Part shown: one piece after another, positions 24,301 through 33,400 of the stretch
Position numbering within the stretch: position 1 is the stretch's first letter
Layout: every line of letters starts with the position of its first letter
Assembly (NCBI RefSeq): GCF_963921235.1
Contig: NC_086099.1
Coordinates: 117,180,001-117,244,000, forward strand
Direction of reading: 5' to 3'
Length of the DNA stretch: 64,000 bases
Source: Mobula hypostoma
Lineage: Eukaryota
Made by a program: the position numbers and the translations under genes
Notes under the pieces: model-generated
Told to the model about the DNA's origin: nothing
What the model saw: only the letters and a program-made list of their open reading frames with translations
Database searches by the model: none

Positions 24301-27271
24301 ATCCGATTGGTGGCCTTCCTTTCTTCTGTTGTCCTTCCACCATGCTGAGGAGAATATCCTTTTCCAAGGAGCTGTTTCTTCGCATAATATGCCAAAGCAC
24401 AACAGGCGGAGTCCTGTCATTTGGTCCTGCTGAGAGAGACTTGGTTTGATCCTGTTGAGCTGTGGTCCCCAACCTCCGGGCCGCGCACCAATACCGATCT
24501 GCGAAGCATGCAGTGGTGCAGCGGTAGCCGGAACACACCCAGTACATCTTTAAGAAAAAAGCCGAAATAAACAAGCTAATTAATTAGGTGTCACCTCTGA
24601 TCTGGGCGGCACCTAATTAATTAAAAATGCATACACGAGGGAATCTGCAAATGCCGGAAATTCAAGCAACACACACAAAAAATGCTGGTGAACGCAGCAG
24701 GCCAGGCAGCATCTATAGGAAGAGGCCCGAAACGTCAACTGTACCTCTTCCTATAGATGCTGCCTGGCCTGCTGCGTTCACCAGCATTTTTTGTGTGTAT
24801 TACCTAATCAATTAGCTTGTTTATTTCGGCTTTTTACTTAAGGATGTGCTGGGTGTGCTCCGGATACTGCTGCACCGCTGCATTCTTCGCGGATTGGTAT
24901 CGGTCCGCGGCCCGGAGGTTGGGGACCCCTGTTGTTGAGGACTGATTGTTCTGAGAGAGGTCCACAAGATGTGTGATATTTTTCTCTAGCACCACATTTC
25001 AAAGGCATCGATACACTTCCTATCCTCCTCCTTTCCCAACCATATAATGTCATTGAGAACACTATGACCTGCATAAGTAAAATCTTTGTACGTAGAGATA
25101 GATTCTTGTTCCTGCAGATCTTCTCTCAATCCTTAATGGCTACTCTGCCAAGAGTGATCCTTCGTTGGATTTCCTGACTGCTTACCACTTTGGTATTAAT
25201 CATTGATCCAAGTTGAAACTTTCACCACTTCAATTTGCTCTCCATCGAGATTGAAATTGGTTGTGCTGCCAGTAGTCATAACCTTAGACTTCCTTGAGTT
25301 AAGGTACACGTTCAGATCATCTGACTCCATGCCAATTCATATTTGGCACAAATAGGAGTCTAGGTTATTGGGCTGTTTGCTCTGCTTTGGAACTTGTCCC
25401 TTCACTCTGCCTGAAAAGCTGTCTTATTTCTTTGTTATTACTTGCACGAAACTGCAGCTATGAAGAGACGATCCCATCTGAAGCTGAAACAAATTCAAGA
25501 GAAGACGTATGTGACTTTGAGATGTTCAGGTTCCACATGTCAAATATGATCACAGTGCAATTAGAGTACTACACTGGCATGGATTGAGACTGGTTAAAGA
25601 ACAGTAAAGAGGAGGAAGAAAGTAATCATATTCAGTTGGAAGACTATGACTAGGTATTTGACAAAGAGATGAGTGCTGGAACTTCAGGTGTGCACAACCT
25701 ACATCAATGATTTCCATGAGATAAGTTAAAAATTTTGCTGATGATTGAAACCTGGGTCCCAGTGTGGATTGCATGGATTAAAGGTTAGCTGAAAACACAC
25801 AATCAAATGTGTCTTTTGTGTTAAATCAGATTAGCAAAGATTTGCAGGGCAGCCATCAAGTGTCACAATGCTTCCAGCGCCAACATAATTAGCCCACAAC
25901 TAACCTTAACCATCTATGGAATTGTAGGAGGAAACCAGGGCACCCGGAGGAACACCCCATGGACAAGGAGCAGGTGCCAACAGGAAATGAAACCCAATTG
26001 GCGATCGCTGGTGCTGTAAAGTGATGCTCTAAGAGGTACAGTGAACAAATAAGGACATAGCAGGTGAAATATAAAGTAGAAAAAAGCAGCGTATCATTAA
26101 ACAGTGAGAGATTTAAAGGTGTCCACACACAATCACTTAAAGTTAACCTGTAGGTACTGAAAGAAATGAGGAAGGAGCACAATATCTTGGTTATCCTTAT
26201 TGTAAATAGATTTTTGAACAAGAGATATTACTGGAATTTTAACAAGACCGAGTGAAGCCACACTGTACAGCCCTGGTCTCCCTACCCAAGGAAGATGGGT
26301 GCAACCAAAGGTTTATTGGATCAATTCTTGTAATGGGGGAATTGTTCAGTAAGGAGAGTGTTGGTGGAGAGACCCGTACTCTCCTGAATTTAGCAGATAT
26401 AAGCAAACTGTTTCCCAATTGATATATTCCCAGTGCAGCGAAACAAAGCACAAGCCATTCAGGCCTGAGAAAAGAAAATCCTTCACTTACATGGAGCTTG
26501 TAATTCCCTACCTCAGCAGTGCGCACATTCACGACAGACCTTGACAAATTTTTAATTATTAAGGAAATCAAAGGAATACACGGTACACGCAGGAAAGTGG
26601 CGGAGGTTTATTACTGCCTTTGTATGGTTCCATTTAACACCTGGGAATCCAGACTACCTTCAGGGGAATCCAGGGATAAGGGAAAGCAGTGGGATGTTTC
26701 AAAGGTAATCATAATGAACGGCACGAGGAGGGAAAACGGTTGACTCCTGCTTTCATTATTAATCTTATAACAATTCTATTCATGCTCTCCCTCTCTCGCT
26801 GACCCCCAAAGATTTTTAAACTAGATGGGCAACAGAGCCTTCAAACCTCCTGCTCCATCATCTTCACTTCCTCCACATTCCCAAGTATGGCGACACCTCC
26901 TCCCATTACAGACCCTCTTCCACCACCCCACACAGTCCCTCCTCCTACGATAGCCGCCCTCATCCCCCTCCAAACGACAAGGTCCCTCCCCTATCATAGC
27001 CCCTCTTCCTCCAGCCCACCACACGGAATCCATCCCCCTCACAGCATCCCCTTTCTTCATCGCACACCTCTCTCCCACCACAGCCCCTCAGAGACACACA
27101 CACACCACCGCCCGCCCAACTTCCCCCACCCACAGCAATGGAGGCCGCTCAAACGCCCTTCCCGCCAGGCCCCAGGTGCCTCCAACCTGGGTCGCCACAG
27201 TCCGTCTCCAGGAAGTCCTGCTCCAGCAAGTGCTCCACGATGAGCGCGACCTGCTCACTCAGTTCCCGCAT
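3312..27271 (-). CDS. Gene B: second BCL2L15/BFK-like paralog, 4 coding exons (27271-27187, 14542-14421, 3841-3617, 3320-3312), 146 aa
   Basis: Hand-spliced protein: [82 protein letters not shown]...[18 protein letters not shown]. Same exon phases as gene A and the same AKDQ|A junction. BH3 is LRRLGD, BH2 is WIQSSGGW, and there is no TM segment. Confidence 0.85.
3617..3841 (-). CDS. Gene B coding exon 3 (225 nt, ends in BH2 GGW)
   Basis: Acceptor tttttacaag|; encodes ASEVFSG...[11 protein letters not shown]; donor TGG|GTAAGC. Confidence 0.9.
4325..6035 (-). mobile_element. 5'-truncated degenerate CR1 LINE (RT half)
   Basis: Fragmented ORFs [28 protein letters not shown]; CR1-type 3' tail near 4325. 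Confidence 0.92.
7040..9898 (+). mobile_element. Young 5'-truncated CR1/HER1-type LINE with uninterrupted ORF2 (APE endonuclease + RT)
   Basis: 919 open codons containing [32 protein letters not shown] and KFADD; 3' UTR ending in (tttctatg)n. Confidence 0.97.
10523..10838. repeat. Two-copy ~158-bp tandem duplication inside the old CR1
   Basis: ctataatttcc...ggagtgtagt repeated at 10523 and 10681 with few mismatches. Confidence 0.9.
14421..14542 (-). CDS. Gene B coding exon 2 (BH3 exon, 122 nt)
   Basis: Acceptor tttttgtgtgttgcag|; encodes [20 protein letters not shown]...LAKDQ; donor CAG|GTATGT. Confidence 0.9.
14700..15330 (-). mobile_element. Penelope-like element terminal fragment (degenerate hammerhead motif, GIY-YIG C-terminus)
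   Basis: Homologous to 17858-18430; atgatga-agggtcttggctt-gaaa-tg-tc at ~14820-14790. Confidence 0.8.
15400..17460. mobile_element. Degenerate CR1 fragments (+) and a Rex1/Babar fragment (-, ~16420-16960)
   Basis: Remnants of [15 protein letters not shown] and RPHLE; the Rex1-like remnant is [20 protein letters not shown]. Confidence 0.7.
17858..19790 (-). mobile_element. Penelope-like retroelement (RT + GIY-YIG endonuclease + terminal repeat), decayed
   Basis: RT motifs [17 protein letters not shown] and FLDL; GIY-YIG motif [18 protein letters not shown]. Confidence 0.93.
17918..17955 (-). ncRNA. Minimal type-I hammerhead ribozyme motif of the Penelope terminal repeat
   Basis: tagtc-CTGATGA-a-gggtctcggccc-GAAA-tg-TC-gactg: catalytic core boxes, stem I (agtc/gact), stem II, and a minimal stem III. 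Confidence 0.7.
20474..20931. other. Assembly gap
   Basis: N run. Confidence 1.
21140..21910 (+). mobile_element. CR1 3' fragment (probable continuation of the CR1 split at ~17460-17860)
   Basis: Remnants LHFERLN and [10 protein letters not shown]. Confidence 0.75.
22608..23234 (-). mobile_element. Tigger/pogo DNA transposon deletion derivative (contains N gap 22655-22865)
   Basis: TA flanks; TIR-like ends caatcgtccctc...gaggaccatctg; transposase remnant FKASKGWL...[10 protein letters not shown]. Confidence 0.85.
24460..24931. mobile_element. hAT/Charlie-type MITE with ~130-bp imperfect TIRs and an 8-bp TSD
   Basis: Ends ctgtggtccccaacc ... ggttggggacccctg; TSD ctgttgag/ttgttgag. Confidence 0.88.
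24624..24801. mobile_element. Penelope-terminus-derived hairpin inserted in the MITE
   Basis: Perfect 55-bp inverted arms at 24671-24725 and 24744-24798; flanked by acctaattaatta/acctaatcaatta. Confidence 0.85.
27187..27271 (-). CDS. Gene B coding exon 1 (85 nt, phase-1 end)
   Basis: ATG at 27271 (context actATGC); [16 protein letters not shown] aligns with gene [15 protein letters not shown]; donor CAG|GTTGGA gives the phase exon 2 needs; abuts a CpG island. Confidence 0.75.
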
Positions 27272-27352
27272 AGTGCGCCGAACTTGCAATGTGCCCGCTT
27301 CAAAGAAGAAGGAAGTTACTGCACCGCCGCCGTTCTTCCTCTGTGAAACATG

Positions 27353-28272
27353 GGCCCGGTCCCGCTGCCGAGCCCGGGGCAAGCCCCGCCCCCGCTGCCG
27401 CGTCGGACCAAGCCCCGCCCCCGCTGCCGAGCCCGGGCCAAGCCCCGCCCCCGCCCCCGCGATCGGACCAAGCCCCGCCCCACGATCGGACCAAGCCCCG
27501 CCCCGCTGCCGCGTCGGACCAAGCCCGGCCCCGCTGCCGCGTCGGACCAAGCCCGGCCCCGCTGCCGCGTCGGACCAAGCCCCGCCCCCGCTGCCGAGCC
27601 CGGGCCAAGCCCCCGCCCCCGCGATCGGACCAAGCCCCGCCCCGCTGCCGAGCCCGGGCCAAGCCCCCGCCCCCGCGATCGGACCAAGCCCCGCCCCGCG
27701 ATCGGACCAAGCCCGGCCCCGCTGCCGAGCCCGGGCCAAGCCCCGCCCCCGCCCCCGCGATCGGACCAAGCCCCGCCCCCGCTGCCGAGCCCGGGCCAAG
27801 CCCCGCCCCCGCCCCCGCGATCGGACCAAGCCCGGCCCCGCTGCCGAGCCCGGGCCAAGCCCGGCCCCGCTGCCGCGTCGGACCAAGCCCCGCCCCGCTG
27901 CCGAGCCCGGGCCAAGCCCCCGCCCCCGCCCCCGCGATCGGACCAAGCCCCGCCCCCGCTGCCGAGCCCGGGCCAAGCCCCGCCCCCGCCCCCGCGATCG
28001 GACCAAGCCCGGCCCCGCTGCCGAGCCCGGGCCAAGCCCGGCCCCGCTGCCGCCGGACCAAGCCCCGCCCCGCTGCCGAGCCCGGGCCAAGCCCCCGCCC
28101 CCGCCCCCGCGATCGGACCAAGCCCCGCCCCGCGATCGGACCAAGCCCGGCCCCGCTGCCGCGTCGGACCAAGCCCCGCCCCGCTGCCGAGCCCGGGCCA
28201 AGCCCCCGCCCCCGCTGCCGCGTCGGACCAAGCCCCGCCCCCGCTGCCGAGCCCGGGCCAAGCCCCGCCCCC
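27353..28272. repeat. Very GC-rich modular minisatellite / CpG island at the 5' end of gene B
   Basis: Shuffled units gctgccgagcccgggccaagcccc, gctgccgcgtcggaccaagccc and gcgatcggaccaagcccc, joined by ccccgcccc (Sp/KLF GC-box) linkers. Confidence 0.95.
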
Positions 28273-29600
28273 TCGCCGTGATCGTGTCAATCCACGCCCC
28301 CTTGCTTGTTCTGAGCCTGTCTGTTTGAAACCTGTCCCACCCCTCACGGCACTTCCCACAATCGCTTGTCCCACGTGACAGTGACTATACTCACCCCGTC
28401 AGTCTCCCTCTGTGTCTGCATTCCCTTGCCACTGCGGTGAAGTCAAGCCCTCATTATATTTCTGCTCCTACCCACCCACCCACTCCATTTTTACCAACTC
28501 CCGTCCCTTCCTTCCTTCTCTTCTTCCTCACGCTGACCCTAACATTACCCGCCTTAGATCCTCTCCTGCAATCCAGTTGACCAAACCCACCCACCACCAT
28601 TTCCCCTTCAATACCATCTAACCATCACTCTACTCATAACCCTTCCATTCCTCATTCCACATCACCCTATTCTCCCTACCATACTTCACCTATCATCTTG
28701 CACCCATTCCTTTTATATGACCCTTCAGGCCCTGCCTTCACCAACAGTCAGCTGTCCCCATCCCTGCTCCCCTCATCCATCCTCCCACTTGCCATTCCAA
28801 CTCTTTCCTCACACCCAATGATTCAGCATTCACAGCAGGCTGTCTGCCTTGTGAAGGAAGAGATGTAGAGGCGTTTCTGCCTTCTTGCCCTAAGGCAGAC
28901 GTTATCTTAAAAACTTAAGACTGTGTACCATCAAGATCATCAAACATCCAATGTACAAAAAAAAACCAAATTGTGTAAACAATAAAAAGTAAACAAATAA
29001 TGTTAACTGCAGAGTCCTCAGCACTGTGCTGATGGGTGCAGAGTCAGTCCACCAAAGTGCCTTGATCAAATCGCACAAATAGCAAATAAGAAGTAAACAA
29101 AAAGCTCAGGAATATGAACTGCAGGGCTGCCAAAAGTGAGTCCACAGCTGCAGAGTGCATTCAGTGTTAAAGTGAGTGAAGCCCATCAAACCAGGCACCG
29201 TGGGACTGTCAAACACAGGCACACAGTGCTGGACATCTGTTCGTTTTCCACTCATCCTCGACAATTTTAATCCTGATAGTAACGGAGCCAACCACAGATT
29301 AGGAATTTCACCAATGCCGAACCCCTCAGAAGCGCCAGGTTGTTCGGTCAGCCTAAACAGATATTCTTGAAAGGGATATTACAGGCTGCAACCGACCGCC
29401 GTTCAGAAGCAGAAGAGCGTTGAGTCATTTTGTAAGGCCATCAGCAAGATGTCGCCATTGCTCACTGGCGCCCTCTAGCCACAATCAGTAATATGATGAT
29501 CTGCGTGAGGAGATGACATGGTCAAGGACCTCGGGAGAGCAACTTTGCTGATAAAATGGAACAAGTTGTTTTACTTCTTTTGTACAGATAAATATGACGT

Positions 29601-29606
29601 TTTATT
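29601..29606 (-). terminator. Candidate polyadenylation signal of gene A
   Basis: AATAAA on the minus strand ~860 nt after the stop codon, at the end of an AT-rich non-repetitive stretch. Confidence 0.45.
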
Positions 29607-30464
29607 TTAATTTAAATTCATTCTTCAAATATGATTTAATACAGTACAAACAGTTTGAAATGTAAATCCCTTTTGCAGAAGGTAATAACCTGAAATAGTT
29701 AATTCACATACATATTCAATCAGTTCATATCTATTTTAGCATTGTAACCACTTGGTCATACCCACTGAGTCACAGGCATTCACTTACACCCAACTATACG
29801 TTAAAACTATCAATTCACACCTCTGCATTCAAACTCACAGAGTCATACATAAACCCACACTAGCAAATACTGCCTCACGCAAATTCCCTCATGCGTAACC
29901 TCACTATTACCCTCTTCCCCATAGTAAACCACTCAATGTCATGTGTCGTCAGTTCATACTAACATATGATTATACTCACATCCATCCACTGAAAAGATAA
30001 ATGTTATGGCCATTGAGTATATAAATTTAAATCTTTCAGACATCAGTTCAAATGTGTATTGTGCAGAGCAGAAAGTGGGCCATTTTTGCCACATCCAATG
30101 TAATATACTGAAGAAGGTCCTGAGGAAATTCACTGAATACAACAACTGGAGAATGGAGTCTAAAAGAACTGAGGATTCTTCAGGACTGATTGCTTTTAAG
30201 AGCTGCAAAAGAGTAGCAAACTTCACACATACTGCACTTGCTGATATACACAGAAACCTTCAGTCAACCCTGAACAGATGTTTGATTGCAGGTCCCTATG
30301 CACCATGGTGGTCTCACAAGGTATCATCTTTAAGGGATATACATTCCATTCCTCCAGTACAAATTGAAAATTTACATCATTTCTGTGCAATCATCATTTT
30401 TTTCTGGGATGGTGGCAGCAGACAGCCTTTGAGCAGATGTGTTAGAAGATCTCTTGGACGCTCC

Positions 30465-30485
30465 TCACTCAATTTTAATATTTGC
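30465..30485 (-). CDS. BCL2L15: Gene A terminal coding exon (ANIKIE*)
   Basis: Strong acceptor atttcttttccctcag|GCAAATATTAAAATTGAGTGA, phase 0, followed by unique UTR-like sequence and AATAAA at 29606-29601. Confidence 0.65.
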   Translation of the reverse strand, partial: ANIKIE

Positions 30486-33400
30486 CTGAGGGAAAAGAAA
30501 TGTGATTAAAAGGTTGGAGCAGTAGCTGCAACACTAATTTATTGTATCTGTGGTATAGATTTCTTATTGTATGTACCATTTACAATCCTAATGCCTGCTA
30601 CTTCTGCAAGAATACTCCTCATGTACACACAAACTCTTTCCTGTGAATAGTCTGTCACTACACAACCTCACTCCTCCTCCATGTACAGTTGTTCCCTTGC
30701 CTGCAATCACTTCCCATGGTCTTGTCTCCTTCCACACCGGAATATAGTTCTCTGCCAGCATCTTTCTTTTCAGATGCATTCCTTCCCTGGAACACTCATA
30801 TGTCATACGTCTCATATGCATTACTGTGCAAATGTCTTAGGCGCATATATGTAGCTAGGGTGCCTAAGATTTTTAAACAGTGCTCTATTTGTCAATGTGG
30901 AACAAGAGAGCGAGTTTGTTAATCTTGCAGGGGCAAAGGATGTTGGGAATGGCGAGGCTGGAGGGTGTGGGGCAGGTGGCAGAGCAGTGCCAGGGCTGGT
31001 GAGTGGAGGGGACGGGGCTGGGTAACATGGGTGCAGACACCCAGCCCTGAGACACCAGGCAAGGTGATTTGATTCCAAATGACTGGTTTATTGATCATTA
31101 CAGAATGTCTCTCTGCTGCTTCCTGCTCCCTCCCCTCTCCCTTCCTCTTTTCCCAGCCATGATCTCCTCTCCCTGTCCCCTTCCCACTTTCAGTCCACAG
31201 TAGAGACCCATATCAGAATCAGGTTTATCAACATTTAGATATGTAATGATTTTTTTCATGTGGCAGCAGTACATAAATTTACTACAGCAAAGTCTTAGGC
31301 CAGATGGAGCCAGCTTGTGAGAGGTGGAGATAGAGGCTGCAGAATGATAAACAAGGGCATAAAGTTACACATGCTGCAATAAGATAAGTAACGAAACTAC
31401 TAACAGAAACCATGAAGAGAAAAAGGAAATAGTAAATAAATTAGTTGTTCTTATTTTAATAGATGTGGAAGATAGACCACACTCTTTAACAGCTTGAGGA
31501 ACACAAACAGGAAACCTTCCACAAAAGTATTAACCCATTAAGTTTAAGGGCAGCTGTATACAATACTGCAAATATTCAATGTTAAATTCCTTCCTGTTCC
31601 CTGTAGTACCGTATAGAGACTGGAGTCAATGCCCTTCCCCGGTATCCCCTCATAACAGACTCTTCATGTGTCGGTGCTAATATTCCTCACAAATCCTCAC
31701 TCATTCCATTCAGCATTCTTCCCTATTCCTACTCCTGCTTTGTTTTATTTTTGTTGGATTGACATCAATTGCCTCAGTCTTTTCCTGCAGTGGTGAGTTA
31801 CATATTTCACTTTCAAAGCTACTGCATTTCTCTTTAATTTCTGCTGTATATACTGGTTGATTGATGCCCCCTGAATTTAGATAGTCTCATAAGAAACGTA
31901 TATTGTGTATTTATCTTCCCAATCCAATCATAGTTTTGAAGTCTTTTTCTCAGTTCTCCAGAAAATTTTAAGTAATATACGAAAGATACTGGAAATCTGA
32001 ACTAAAGCAGAAAATGCTGAAAAAAATCACCAGATCCAATGGTATTTTCAGACAAATTTAATGTTTCAGGTCTAACACCTTTCATCAGAACTGGAAAAAA
32101 AAGCTAGTTCTCAATTATTAGTGATTGTAGCTCTGTACTCTTAATTCCGGTGTTACTCTCATAAACTATTTTCATGGACTTTCTCCTAAGCTATCAGGGA
32201 CTCCCTGTAACGTGGAAGAATATGCACTGACTACGCTTACATAAGCTAATTATAAGTAAAGTATTGTTGAATTCCAGCCAACTAAAAATCAATCCAAGTG
32301 TTTGTTGACATTTTATTACTTTTGATGACTGATAATTCACCTTGTAAACCATTTGTCATATTGGATTCCGTTGCTCTTATTTTAACTATCATTTTCTGAG
32401 GTGAAGGTGATGTATTTAAATTCCAAGATTGCATCACACAGTATCGATTTATTTAAAAGGTCACCTGCTTCTTAATGTCCTTAAGTGCAAGCTTTGATAG
32501 CAAATTGACTGCAGTCACCCTCTCCTGTATTCAATTGTACACATTTTGTAGCATGTACAATACAAATCTACTGGATCCCCCCAACAAAGCCCTCCATTTT
32601 TCTTTCATCAATGTTCCTAAGAGTCTCTTAAATGTCTCCAATGTATCCACCTCTACCACCACCCTTGGCAGTGTGTTCCACACACCCACCAGTCACTGTG
32701 TAAAAAAAAAACATCCCCCTCCCGTCATCTTAAAATTATGCCATCTTGTATTAATATTTCTGCCCTTAGGGAGAAGGTGCCAGCTGGGGAGGTGCCCTTA
32801 GGGAGAAGGTGCCCTTGGGGAGAAGGTGTTCTTGGGAAGAAGGTGCCCTTGAGGAGAAGGTGCCAGCTGTCTGCTCTATCAATGCATCTTATCTTCTTAA
32901 ACCCTCCTTCACTCCAAAGAGAAATTCCCTGGCTTGCTCACCTTGTCCAACTCCATGCACATTTCCTGTTTAACCTCTGATCATTCCTACCCTCACTCTA
33001 CTTATGTGTATAACACCTTGGGGATTTTCTTAATCCTACTCTTTTCTTAATCTTCAATTATGTGAAGAAAAAAAGGATGACAGGAGTGAAGGTAGAACCG
33101 ATTAGAGATAAAGGTGGGAAGATGTGCCTGGAGGCTGTGGAAGTTAGCAAGGTCCTCAATGAATACTTCTCTTCGGTATTCATCAATGAGAGGGAACTTG
33201 ATGATGGTGAGGACAATATGAGTGAGGTTGATGTTCTGGAGCATGTTGATATTAAGGGAGAGGAGGTGTTGGAGTTGTTAAAATACATTAGGACAGGTAA
33301 TTCCCCGGGGCCTGACGGAATATTCCCCATGTCATGGTCCGGATCGGGGTCTCTTTAAATTTACTTTGTTTATGTTACGATCCGGACCGTTGACTCCCTG

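Larger units (their letters stand above)
24175..25340 (-). mobile_element. RTE-clade LINE 3' fragment, interrupted by a hAT MITE
   Basis: [27 protein letters not shown] and [10 protein letters not shown] motifs. Confidence 0.8.

Noticed and set aside
27353-28272. CRISPR-like or repeat-spacer array
   Set aside because: Eukaryotic context, no unique spacers and no cas genes. The units are shuffled copies of each other.
27138-28378. Six long overlapping ORFs (290-396 aa) in all frames, one in frame with gene B
   Set aside because: Artefact of a stop-free GC-rich minisatellite. Only the MRELSEQ... segment has protein-family support.
30006-30509. 167-aa plus-strand ORF (also 37585-38169)
   Set aside because: Antisense shadows of gene A exons and UTR, with no recognisable domain or splice structure.
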